From Aliivibrio fischeri ES114 (lineage in GTDB: Bacteria > Pseudomonadota > Gammaproteobacteria > Enterobacterales > Vibrionaceae): DNA of 32,000 bases. Shown here in pieces: positions 9,505-18,614 of the stretch. How positions within the stretch are numbered: position 1 is the first letter of the stretch; every line of letters begins with the position of its first letter. The DNA is taken from the NCBI RefSeq assembly GCF_000011805.1, contig NC_006840.2; one strand, written 5' to 3'. Under the pieces are notes generated by a model. That model worked only from the letters and a program-made list of their open reading frames with translations. It was not told the origin of the DNA and did no database searches. A program made the position numbers and the translations under genes.

Positions 9505-10824
9505 ATGGAGTGGTCTGATTTTTCTGATGATTATGATATGTTGTTTTGTGATAGTGCTGTGGCGAAATCTATTAAGCAAGATATATACGTTAATAAATTA
9601 TCCCGGATTAAATCTATAGTTAAAGTTTTATTTTTATTCTTCAGGAAAAATAAATGTATAGATTTTAAATACAATGGCATTAATAACCTGTATGTATTAG
9701 AGTCAATGACTCCTTCTAATTTTAAAACTATTAATCCGATTTTTGAGTTGGATAAGTCTTCAAAGTTAATTATTGTAACAACTCCTGTTTTTCAAAGAAT
9801 TGACAATGTTAGATATAGGGGGAATCTATTTAATATAGATGACTATACTTTTGTAAATATTGGTGATTTTATTAATTCCTTACATTTTTGTCGGAGGTTT
9901 AATAATAAATTTAGATTTGTAAATATATTTCAATTAATCTTCTTATATTTAAGGGCGTCTAGTTTAAATAATGTGTTAAATGAGCTCTTTTCAAATGTTA
10001 AGTGTAATAATATTATATTGACTAATGATACATTAGGCCTTTCTAATCTTATTGTACAAAATTCTAGAGTTTTTAATATAAAAAATTATGTATTACAGCA
10101 TGGTTTACCAACAAAATTTTATTTTCCTACGAGTGCCGATAACTATATCGTTTGGGGGAGGAGATTTGTTTCAGAATTTAAGAATAAAGGAGCAAGAAGC
10201 AAGCTATATTCATTAGGTTCTCCTAAAGTCGATGAAGTAATGAAATATTGTTTTTCTGATGCTAAATATAATGATTTTTTAAAAAGGTATAACATCTCTA
10301 ATAATAAAAAGATTTTCACATACTTTTCAAATTCTCATGCTCCTGAATTAGATAAAAAAGTCCATGAAATAAATATAAAACTGCTAAATGGTTTAATTTC
10401 TCATAAAGACTATCATGTATGTATTAAATTACATCCTTCTGAAAGCATGCAGTTTATTAAAGAGGTTTTACAACCTTATGATGGAAAATATACTATTATA
10501 GACCATGAAGATGATGTTTATGATCTAGTTAAATTTAGTTCGTATTGTGCATCAATTTATTCAACATTGCTAATTGAGTCAATGTGCCTTGGAACTTATA
10601 CATTTCAATTTAATGCGACTAAATCTCATAAGATTCCTGATTATTCTAATGGTGGTGGATGTGTTGAAATTAATTCTTTCGAACAATTAGAATTATCTTT
10701 GAATGCATCTAATAAAAATAAAATATTAAATCAACAATTAAAATATACCGAGAATTATTTTTCTAATCAAGGGACATCTTCGGAAAAAATATTGGAGCTT
10801 ATTCATGAAAGAAACTGTATCTAA
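9505..10824 (+). CDS. Putative glycosyltransferase / surface polysaccharide biosynthesis protein with QHG and KLHP motifs
   Basis: Start at 9505 preferred over 9493 because GGAGGT lies at 9495-9500. Motifs YVLQHGLPTKFYFP, DNYIVWG, LGSPKVDE, VCIKLHPSE and YSTLLIESMCLG suggest a GT-B-like fold. Confidence 0.6.
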   Translation: MEWSDFSDDYDMLFCDSAVAKSIKQDIYVNKLSRIKSIVKVLFLFFRKNKCIDFKYNGINNLYVLESMTPSNFKTINPIFELDKSSKLIIVTTPVFQRIDNVRYRGNLFNIDDYTFVNIGDFINSLHFCRRFNNKFRFVNIFQLIFLYLRASSLNNVLNELFSNVKCNNIILTNDTLGLSNLIVQNSRVFNIKNYVLQHGLPTKFYFPTSADNYIVWGRRFVSEFKNKGARSKLYSLGSPKVDEVMKYCFSDAKYNDFLKRYNISNNKKIFTYFSNSHAPELDKKVHEINIKLLNGLISHKDYHVCIKLHPSESMQFIKEVLQPYDGKYTIIDHEDDVYDLVKFSSYCASIYSTLLIESMCLGTYTFQFNATKSHKIPDYSNGGGCVEINSFEQLELSLNASNKNKILNQQLKYTENYFSNQGTSSEKILELIHERNCI

Positions 10825-11437
10825 ATTTATTAAATTTTTAAATCTTCCATTTTCTAGAAAAATTCAAGTTTTAAGTTTTTTTTATAGACTTGTATTCTGC
10901 AGTGTTATTTATCGTCTCTTGTGTAAAAAGTTTGGTAGACGTTCAATTGTTAAAAAACCATTGATAATCACGTATGAAGATATTAGTTTTGGAGATGATG
11001 TTATAATTTGGGAAGATGCTAGAATTGAATCCGTACGTAGTTATTTTGAAAGTTCTTTTCAACCACATATAAAAATTAGCAATGGAGTATCTTTTCAACA
11101 ACGGTGCCATATAACAGCTGCGGGAGAATTAATTATTGGGGAGAATAGCATTATTAGTTATGATGTAATGATTACTGATATAGATCATGAATATGTAGAT
11201 GTATTAACACCTATAGGAAAGCAACCACTTAAAGTATCTCCAACTATAATTGGAGAGCAATGTTTTATCGGATGTGGTGTAAAGATTCAAGCTGGTACTC
11301 AATTAGGAAAACACTGTATTGTTGGAGCGAATTCAGTAGTAAGAGGTATATTTCCAGATTATAGTGTTATTGTTGGCTCTCCTGCAAAAATAGTTAAGAC
11401 ATATGACAAAAAATCTAATACTTGGATTAGGTGCTAA
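10805..11437 (+). CDS. Acyltransferase, left-handed beta-helix (hexapeptide repeat) family
   Basis: Hexapeptide-like repeats: ISNGVSFQQRCHITAAGELIIGENSIISYDV, IIGEQCFIGCGVKIQAGTQLGKHCIVGANSVVRG, GSPAKIVK. Confidence 0.85.
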   Translation: MKETVSKFIKFLNLPFSRKIQVLSFFYRLVFCSVIYRLLCKKFGRRSIVKKPLIITYEDISFGDDVIIWEDARIESVRSYFESSFQPHIKISNGVSFQQRCHITAAGELIIGENSIISYDVMITDIDHEYVDVLTPIGKQPLKVSPTIIGEQCFIGCGVKIQAGTQLGKHCIVGANSVVRGIFPDYSVIVGSPAKIVKTYDKKSNTWIRC

Positions 11438-11441
11438 GTGT

Positions 11442-12389
11442 ATGATAAAGAAAAAAAAGAGAATATTGTTAGTTATTCCTAAATTTTTTAACTATGAGAA
11501 GAATATAAAAAAACATTTTGAATTAATGGGATATGATGTTGATTTAATTATAGATGAAACACCATTTAGAACTATTTTATGCAATTATATACCATATATG
11601 AAATTATTTTTTGGATTTTATGTAGAAAATAAAATAAAGAAGTTAATAACTAAGAATGACTATACATCTTGTTTAGTTATTAAAGGATCATCATTGTCTT
11701 TGAAAGCATTGACAATTATTGAATCTCATATTAAAAATAGGTATTTATATCAATGGGATTCATTATCAAATTATCCATATCAAACGATGTTATTATACTT
11801 TAACCATGTTCTTACATTTGATATTTCTGATTCCAAGCATTTGAATTTAGAGTACTATCCATTATTTTCAATGATTGAGAATGATAGAAAAGAATTAAGT
11901 AGGAATATAGATATTTTATTTATTGGTTCTTTTCATAGTGATAGATATAAAGTATTAAAAGAGATATTATGCCAATATAAAGATTTAAATATATATTTTT
12001 ATCTGTATATACCATTTTTGTCTTATATAAAAAGAATTTTTAAAGGTGAGAAGATTTTATTATCTGATATTCGTTTCTTTAAAATAAAGCCTGAAAAATT
12101 AAGTTGTTTTTATAACAATTCAAAGTGTGTTCTTGATATCGAAGCTTATCATCAAACTGGCTTTACAATGCGAACATTAGAAGCTTTGTATTGTGGCTGT
12201 AAATTAATTACTACAAATGATAATATATATACCGCAGACTTTTTTGATAAAAAAATCATATCTGTTATTGATAGAAATGATGTTCTTTTAGATAAGAGTT
12301 TTATTTTTAATGATGAAAATGTCGAAGATAATAAGATTCTTCAAGTTAAAAATCTAAAGGAGTGGGTGGTGAGGTTTGCTGATGACTAA
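11442..12389 (+). CDS. Putative glycosyltransferase (GT-B-like, CgeB/LPS-core-like)
   Basis: Start at 11442 is just after the upstream stop. Contains KRILLVIPKFFNYEKNIKKHFE and C-terminal GFTMRTLEALYCGCKLITTNDNIYTADFF (donor-binding-like). Confidence 0.6.
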   Translation: MIKKKKRILLVIPKFFNYEKNIKKHFELMGYDVDLIIDETPFRTILCNYIPYMKLFFGFYVENKIKKLITKNDYTSCLVIKGSSLSLKALTIIESHIKNRYLYQWDSLSNYPYQTMLLYFNHVLTFDISDSKHLNLEYYPLFSMIENDRKELSRNIDILFIGSFHSDRYKVLKEILCQYKDLNIYFYLYIPFLSYIKRIFKGEKILLSDIRFFKIKPEKLSCFYNNSKCVLDIEAYHQTGFTMRTLEALYCGCKLITTNDNIYTADFFDKKIISVIDRNDVLLDKSFIFNDENVEDNKILQVKNLKEWVVRFADD

Positions 12390-13521
12390 TAATACATTAT
12401 CATTATCAAAGTTAATTGTTTTTTTACTTTTAATCTATTTTACCATTGCCCAGTTAGAGTTCTTCAACAAGTTTTTTTTGAAAAATATCGTTATAATTAT
12501 TATTAACTATTTAATATGTATGTATCTAATTGTGAATAATAAAGATGGTTATAATTTAAAATATATTTACATGCTACCATTTGTATTATTTTTTTCTTTT
12601 TTTACATTTTATAGTTTTGGTAATAATTTATTTGCAGATATTTATAGGGTTAATCTTTTTTGTTCATTTTTTCTTTGTGTCTTTTTTTTATCTAACAATA
12701 TAAACAGTGTGTTTTTTTTAAAAAAACATACAATAAATTTTTACTTTATAATATCATTACTCATAATTTTTGACATGTTTTTGTTTTTCATTACAGGGCG
12801 TGTTTTTTTATTCAATGTAATGATATATATAACTCCTAGATTTATAGGTCCTTTCTATGATCCTAATTTTTTGGGTTTTATATATGGGGCTTTATTTTTG
12901 ATTGTATATTTCGAAAGGACATATAATAAATTATATGGGATTACATTTCTAATTTGTACGATTCTTTCTGGAAGTTGGATTGTTATTGGATTATTGACCC
13001 TAATTCTCATTCAGGTAAGAGTTTTTTCTTTTAGGTATACATTTTTAAAACCAGTAATTTGTGTATTTGTTGTTATTTTATTTTGGTTTGTTTATGAGTA
13101 TTTATTAGATGACGTTTATTTTTTGTTTAAATATCTTGTTGGGAATCTAACGCACTTATCTGAACAATTAATAGATATAAAATTTAAGTCATTAGAGTAT
13201 AGGTTCGAAGTTACTAACATGGCTGTAAATTTGATAATAGATAACCCATTTGGGTACGGTTATAGAACAATTACTAAGTATTTGCCGCTAGATACTCATA
13301 ATTCTTATTTAGGTATTTCCTTTGAATATGGAATCGGGGCATTACTTCTTTTAATTATTCCTTTTTTTATGATGGGAATAAATCGCAGTGTAAATGTGGA
13401 TTCTTTAACATCGTTTATTTGTTTCATGGCTTTATTTTTAAATGTACATTATTTGCCAATATATCTATTTTTTGTGATTACTGTATATTTTCCATTTGGT
13501 GAAAAGAGGTTGTTGTATTAA
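12382..13521 (+). CDS. wzy: Candidate O-antigen/capsule repeat-unit polymerase (Wzy-like)
   Basis: About 379 aa, multi-TM, very hydrophobic, O-antigen-ligase-like elements (FIGPFYDPNFLGF, NPFGYGYRTITKYLPLDTHNSYLGISFEYG). ATG at 12382 preferred over TTG at 12376. Confidence 0.75.
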   Translation: MTNNTLSLSKLIVFLLLIYFTIAQLEFFNKFFLKNIVIIIINYLICMYLIVNNKDGYNLKYIYMLPFVLFFSFFTFYSFGNNLFADIYRVNLFCSFFLCVFFLSNNINSVFFLKKHTINFYFIISLLIIFDMFLFFITGRVFLFNVMIYITPRFIGPFYDPNFLGFIYGALFLIVYFERTYNKLYGITFLICTILSGSWIVIGLLTLILIQVRVFSFRYTFLKPVICVFVVILFWFVYEYLLDDVYFLFKYLVGNLTHLSEQLIDIKFKSLEYRFEVTNMAVNLIIDNPFGYGYRTITKYLPLDTHNSYLGISFEYGIGALLLLIIPFFMMGINRSVNVDSLTSFICFMALFLNVHYLPIYLFFVITVYFPFGEKRLLY

Positions 13522-14513
13522 TGAATAGTTATCCATTAATATCTGTAATAATGAGCGTATATAAAGAAGAGAGAGAATGGTTGGTTTCTTCAATCCAGTC
13601 TATTTTAGACCAAACCGTTTCTGATTTTGAATTTATTATCATATTAGATTTTCCTAATTCAGAGTTATTGAAAACATTGAAAGATTTTGAAAAAAAAGAT
13701 AGTAGAATAATTATTTATCAAAATGAGAAAAATGTTGGTCTTGTTGAATCTTTGAATACAGCTCTTTCTTTTTCAAGAGGGAAGTACATTGCTAGGATGG
13801 ATGCTGATGATATTTCTCATAAGAATAGGTTTGAAAAACAATTAAAATATATTACGCTTAATAATCTTGATCTTGTTGGTGGAAATGTAAATATATTCCA
13901 TAGTAATAAAGGAATATATAACACAACAGATAAAGTTCAGAGTGATTATTTTTTATGTAAGCTTTTAAAAATAGGTACTATAGGGATTGTCCATCCCACC
14001 TTTTTTTCTAAAAGAAACGTTTATGATACTATCGGAGGATATTACCATGCTGAATGTGCAGAAGATCTTGAGTTACTTATGAGAGCTAATTTAAACGGAT
14101 TTAAGATTGGGAATATTCCAGATGTTATTTTAGACTGTAGGTATTCAGAGAAGAGTATTACTAAAGAAAATGCGTATTTTATGTTTTGTACAGTAAAATA
14201 TTTAAAATCATTATACCGTTCTTCTTTAAAGTCAGGTGATTATAAGTTTAACTCTAATTATATTGAATTATATTTATATGATGAGAATAATAAGTTAGCA
14301 TTCTCCGAAAAACAAAATTTAATGTCAGAAGCTCGTCATTCATTCAATGAAAAGAAATATATTAGTTTTTTAATTAATTTAATTAAATCTATTCTTATAT
14401 CGAGAACTGTTTTTTTCTCAATAAAAGTTAATGTAATGTCATTTTTATTTAGGAAAGTAGAAGTTAAAATTCCAAAGGTATTATTAGCGTGTATAAAGAT
14501 AAAGTTGCAGTAA
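13521..14513 (+). CDS. Glycosyltransferase family 2
   Basis: PLISVIMSVYKEEREWLVSSIQSILDQTVSDFEFIIILD, GKYIARMDADDISH. Confidence 0.92.
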   Translation: MNSYPLISVIMSVYKEEREWLVSSIQSILDQTVSDFEFIIILDFPNSELLKTLKDFEKKDSRIIIYQNEKNVGLVESLNTALSFSRGKYIARMDADDISHKNRFEKQLKYITLNNLDLVGGNVNIFHSNKGIYNTTDKVQSDYFLCKLLKIGTIGIVHPTFFSKRNVYDTIGGYYHAECAEDLELLMRANLNGFKIGNIPDVILDCRYSEKSITKENAYFMFCTVKYLKSLYRSSLKSGDYKFNSNYIELYLYDENNKLAFSEKQNLMSEARHSFNEKKYISFLINLIKSILISRTVFFSIKVNVMSFLFRKVEVKIPKVLLACIKIKLQ

Positions 14514-15304
14514 TAATGTCAGTGTACAAATCTGATAATCCAATTGACTTTAATGTTGCAGTCAACAGTATAATAAGACAAACCTTAAAGTGTGATATAT
14601 TTATTTATCAGGACGGTCCAGTCTCAAGAGAGCTTAAATCTGCTATAAATAGATTTAGAAAATTTAACAATATATTTATTTTTGTTAGTGAAGAAAATAA
14701 AGGTTTGGCTTATGCATTAAATTATTTAATAGATAGTTGTTTATTAAATAATTATCAATATATTGCAAGAATGGATAGTGATGATATTTCACATAAAAAT
14801 AGAATGTCAATTCAAGTAAATTTTCTAGAAGATAACTCAGATATTCATGTTGTTGGTTCATATTGCAAAGAGTTTGGGGCTGACTGTTCTTTAGCTGAGA
14901 AAAAACTTCCAATAACCCATAATGATTTATTGAACTTTAGTATAACTCGATGTCCATTTATTCATCCATCTGTAATGTTTAGAACGTCTATATTTTATAA
15001 TGGTTTACGTTATCCAGTTAATACAAAATATACAGAGGATATGGCATTTTGGTTTATTCTGCTTGATTTAGGATATAAGTTCGAGAATATACCTGAAACA
15101 TTAATTGATTATAGAATGACCGAAAATACGGTACTTAGGAGGCGAGGATTCGATAAAGCATTGTCTGAGGTTTTTATTAGATTTAAGTACATGATTAAAT
15201 TTAAAAAAATAACAGTTAAAAATGTTTCCTTTATCATTGGTAGATTTGTTTTCCATTTACTACCTCCTAATGCAATCAAGTATCTTTATAAAAAAATGAG
15301 ATAA
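14489..15304 (+). CDS. Glycosyltransferase family 2
   Basis: VAVIMSVYKSDNPIDFNVAVNSIIRQT, QYIARMDSDDISHKNRMS; GTG start overlapping the upstream gene. Confidence 0.9.
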   Translation: MYKDKVAVIMSVYKSDNPIDFNVAVNSIIRQTLKCDIFIYQDGPVSRELKSAINRFRKFNNIFIFVSEENKGLAYALNYLIDSCLLNNYQYIARMDSDDISHKNRMSIQVNFLEDNSDIHVVGSYCKEFGADCSLAEKKLPITHNDLLNFSITRCPFIHPSVMFRTSIFYNGLRYPVNTKYTEDMAFWFILLDLGYKFENIPETLIDYRMTENTVLRRRGFDKALSEVFIRFKYMIKFKKITVKNVSFIIGRFVFHLLPPNAIKYLYKKMR

Positions 15305-15316
15305 GTTGAGGTTTTT

Positions 15317-16114
15317 ATGTTTTTAATCGCAGGCCCATGTGTTATCGAATCTGAAGACTTAGTTTTAGATACTTTTGCACAGTTACAAGAAATGACAAAT
15401 AAACTTGGTATTGAATATATTGCCAAATCTTCTTTTACTAAAGCAAACCGTTCATCAGCTTCGGCTTTTACTGGTCCCGGTCTTGAAGAAGGGTTAAAGA
15501 TCCTTCAAAAAGCAAAAGATCAATTAGGGGTAAAAATCATTACTGATGTTCATGAAGATACGCCATTAGATGAAGTTGCATCTGTAGTTGATGTTTTACA
15601 AACCCCGGCCTTTCTTGTTCGTCAAACTGGCTTTATTCAACGAGTTGCCTCTATGGGTAAACCTGTAAATATTAAAAAAGGGCAATGGATGCATCCTGCA
15701 GATATGGCTCCTGTAGTTGAAAAGTGCCGTGCTGTTGGAAATGATGATATTTGGCTATGTGACCGTGGAACAAGCTTTGGTTTCGGTGCATTAGTTAACT
15801 ACATGCCCGGTTTAACTATTATGAAAGAAACGGGTTGTAAAGTGGTAATGGATGCAACTCATAGTGTTCAAATGCCAGGGATGCTAAATGGTTCTACTGG
15901 TGGTAATCGTCTGCATGTACCAGCTATTGCAAGAGCTGCTGTTGCTGTCGGTATTGATGGTCTATTTATGGAAACACATCCAGATCCGGATAAGGCATTA
16001 TGTGATGGTCCAAATATGTTACCACTTAAACACATGGAAGAACTATTAGAAACGTTACTTGAGATTGATGAAGTCGTTCATCGTAGAGCTTTTATTGAAT
16101 CTAAATTGGTTTAA
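15317..16114 (+). CDS. kdsA: 3-deoxy-8-phosphooctulonate synthase (Kdo-8-P synthase)
   Basis: FLIAGPCVIESEDL, AKSSFTKANRSSASAFTGPGLEEGL, KIITDVHE, ETHPDPDKALCDGPNMLPL. Confidence 0.95.
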   Translation: MFLIAGPCVIESEDLVLDTFAQLQEMTNKLGIEYIAKSSFTKANRSSASAFTGPGLEEGLKILQKAKDQLGVKIITDVHEDTPLDEVASVVDVLQTPAFLVRQTGFIQRVASMGKPVNIKKGQWMHPADMAPVVEKCRAVGNDDIWLCDRGTSFGFGALVNYMPGLTIMKETGCKVVMDATHSVQMPGMLNGSTGGNRLHVPAIARAAVAVGIDGLFMETHPDPDKALCDGPNMLPLKHMEELLETLLEIDEVVHRRAFIESKLV

Positions 16115-16116
16115 TT

Positions 16117-16680
16117 ATGTTGGATAAGCAGGTTTGTAAAAATATAAAAATGGTATTGCTTGATGTTGACGGTGTAATGACAGATGGCTCTATTTTTATT
16201 AATCATGATGGTGAGTTTTTTAAATCTTTTAATGTTAAAGATGGTTTAGCAATAGAGTTATTACGGAGTCATCATATTCTTGTTGGTGTTATTTCAGGTA
16301 AAGCAAGCGCTGCCTTGGATACTCGTTGTCAACAGCTCGGTTTTGATGAAATTATTACTGGTTGTAAAAATAAACTTCCTGCTTTAGTTAATATTTGCTC
16401 CAAATATAAAATATCAGCAGATCAAATTGCTTTTTTAGGTGACGATGTTTTAGATATTCCTATCTTTGAAAAGGTAGGTTTAGCTGTAGCACCAATTGAT
16501 GCACATAGTTTAGCTATTGATAGTGCTGATTGGGTATCGAGTTTAAAAGGTGGAGAAGGGATGGTAAGAGAGTTTGCTGATTTATTATTAACAATTCAGC
16601 TTAATTTACCATTAAAGGATGTTTATAAACCTTTACTCGATAAAATTCGTTTAGATGATGTTGCAACGATGGAGCAATGA
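16117..16680 (+). CDS. kdsC: Kdo-8-phosphate phosphatase (HAD superfamily)
   Basis: LLDVDGVMTDGSIFIN, FNVKDGLAIELL, VISGKAS, FLGDDVLDIPIFEKVGLAVAPIDAH. Confidence 0.93.
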   Translation: MLDKQVCKNIKMVLLDVDGVMTDGSIFINHDGEFFKSFNVKDGLAIELLRSHHILVGVISGKASAALDTRCQQLGFDEIITGCKNKLPALVNICSKYKISADQIAFLGDDVLDIPIFEKVGLAVAPIDAHSLAIDSADWVSSLKGGEGMVREFADLLLTIQLNLPLKDVYKPLLDKIRLDDVATMEQ

Positions 16681-16683
16681 ATC

Positions 16684-17436
16684 ATGAATGTGAAAGTTGT
16701 AATTCCTGCTCGTTATGGCTCATCTAGGCTACCAGGAAAACCCTTATTAACTTTACTTGATAAACCAGTTATTTGGCATGTGATTGAGCGCTGTAAAGAG
16801 GCCGGTATTGAGCAAAATGATATTTTCGTTGCTACTGACGATCAACGTATTATTGATGCGTTAAGAGATGAAAGTATTCAAGTGGTGTTAACTTCATCAG
16901 AGCATCAATCTGGCACAGATCGGATAAATGAAGTCGCTCAGATAAAAGGTTGGGATGAGGATACAATTATTGTGAATGTGCAGGGTGATGAGCCAATGAT
17001 CCCCTATAGATTAATTCAACGAATAGTATCTTTTACGCAATTAAACCCTTCGTACCACATAACAACAGCGGTTGTTCCTTTAGTTTCCCAAGATGACTTT
17101 GTTAACCCTAATGTAGTTAAAGCCATTATAGGTTATAACGGCAGAGCACTTTATTTCACTCGTTCGCCATCTCCATTGAACCGTGATAATTCAAGTGATT
17201 TGTCATTAGCTAAAAGACATATTGGTATTTATGCTTACCGTGCTTCTGCACTAAAACAGTTTTGTTCCTATTCAGAAGATGAGCTTGAGCAGTATGAAAA
17301 ATTGGAACAATTACGCGCACTGAGTCATGGGATGAGTATCGGTGCTACGATATTCGATGGTTTTGTTCCTCATGGAATTGACACTATTGATGATTACGAA
17401 AATATAAAAAAAATAATGGAAGAGAATATCTTATAA
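16684..17436 (+). CDS. kdsB: CMP-Kdo synthetase (3-deoxy-manno-octulosonate cytidylyltransferase)
   Basis: VVIPARYGSSRLPGKPLLTLLDKPVIWHV, HQSGTDRINE, IVNVQGDEPMIP, KRHIGIYAYRASALKQF. Confidence 0.93.
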   Translation: MNVKVVIPARYGSSRLPGKPLLTLLDKPVIWHVIERCKEAGIEQNDIFVATDDQRIIDALRDESIQVVLTSSEHQSGTDRINEVAQIKGWDEDTIIVNVQGDEPMIPYRLIQRIVSFTQLNPSYHITTAVVPLVSQDDFVNPNVVKAIIGYNGRALYFTRSPSPLNRDNSSDLSLAKRHIGIYAYRASALKQFCSYSEDELEQYEKLEQLRALSHGMSIGATIFDGFVPHGIDTIDDYENIKKIMEENIL

Positions 17437-18369
17437 ATGGCTAGTTCAATTGATATTGCAAAACAAGTAATTCAAACCGAAATTGAAGGGTTGGATTATA
17501 TGGCAAAAAGATTAGGTTCTGAATTTGAGGTGGCGATAAATGCCATCATTAATACAAAAGGTCGCACTATAATTTGTGGGATGGGAAAATCAGGAATTAT
17601 CGGAAAAAAAATAGCAGCGTCTTTTGCTAGTACTGGTACTCCTAGTTTCTTTATGCATCCTGGAGAGGCTTTTCATGGCGATCTTGGAATGGTGAAACCA
17701 GAAGATGTATTTATTGCTATATCGAATTCGGGTGAAACTGATGAAGTTTTAAAACTGTTACCTTTCTTACGTGATAACGGTAACTTTGTTATTGCTATAA
17801 CAGGTAAAGAAAACTCTACACTTGCTACAAATTCTCACTGTCATTTAGATATTTCTGTGCCTAAAGAGGCGTGTCCTTTGCAATTGGCACCAACATCGTC
17901 AACAACAGCAACTCTTGTTATGGGGGATGCCTTAACGGTTGCTTTGATGGATGTTCGTGAATTCCAACCTGAAAACTTTGCTCGTTTTCACCCAGGAGGT
18001 AGCTTAGGTCGACGATTATTGTCAAAAGTTCAAGATGAAATGTTTTCTGACAATATCCCAAGTGTCGCTTCAGATGCAGATTTCACTTCTATCATTCATA
18101 AAATATCCTCAAGTCATCTAGGACTTACATTGGTTAATTTAAAGGATGATTCTTTAGCTATCATCACTGATGGTGACTTGCGCCGAGCTATGGAATCAAA
18201 GGGGAGAGACGCTTTTGATTTGGTAGCAAAAGATATTGCATCAATTAATCCTGCCTCTATATCACCTGAGTCTAATATACAAAAAGCTTACGAGATCATG
18301 GAGAGTAAAGGGATAACATCATTGATTGTTGTTGAAAGTAATTCTGTTGTTGGTATTTTGAAAAAGTAA
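17437..18369 (+). CDS. kdsD: Arabinose-5-phosphate isomerase (KdsD/KpsF/GutQ family)
   Basis: SIS domain GRTIICGMGKSGIIGKKIAASFASTGTPSFFMHPGEAFHGDLGMV, SNSGETDE, ARFHPGGSLGRRLL, plus C-terminal CBS region. Confidence 0.92.
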   Translation: MASSIDIAKQVIQTEIEGLDYMAKRLGSEFEVAINAIINTKGRTIICGMGKSGIIGKKIAASFASTGTPSFFMHPGEAFHGDLGMVKPEDVFIAISNSGETDEVLKLLPFLRDNGNFVIAITGKENSTLATNSHCHLDISVPKEACPLQLAPTSSTTATLVMGDALTVALMDVREFQPENFARFHPGGSLGRRLLSKVQDEMFSDNIPSVASDADFTSIIHKISSSHLGLTLVNLKDDSLAIITDGDLRRAMESKGRDAFDLVAKDIASINPASISPESNIQKAYEIMESKGITSLIVVESNSVVGILKK

Positions 18370-18440
18370 TTTAATTATTTATATAACTAATAAATAACTG
18401 AATAACTATTGATAATTTGCTCTATTTTTGTACAATACCG

Positions 18441-18474
18441 CACGTTGTTTTTCTTTGGCTAAAAAACAAACGTG
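18441..18474. repeat. Imperfect inverted repeat / hairpin
   Basis: CACGTTGTTTTT-(ctttggct)-AAAAAACAAACGTG: arms pair apart from a bulge. Confidence 0.4.
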
Positions 18475-18530
18475 GCTCGTGTTTTATTTGTATCGTTACA
18501 TTGATAACTGAATAAAATGCGAGCAAATAG

Positions 18531-18554
18531 ACCACGTAGCAACTGCGTGGTTTT
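18531..18554 (+). terminator. Likely Rho-independent terminator between kdsD and the WecA-like gene
   Basis: ACCACGTAG-CAA-CTGCGTGGT: 9-bp stem (one G-U wobble), 3-nt loop, followed by TTTT. Confidence 0.6.
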
Positions 18555-18614
18555 ATGCAATACCCATCTATATATAATTAAAAGATAACTACATTCCTAA
18601 AAGGAAGTTTATTC

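Noticed and set aside
14685-14912. Minus-strand ORF opposite the second GT2 gene
   Set aside because: AT-rich shadow ORF with no recognisable domain.
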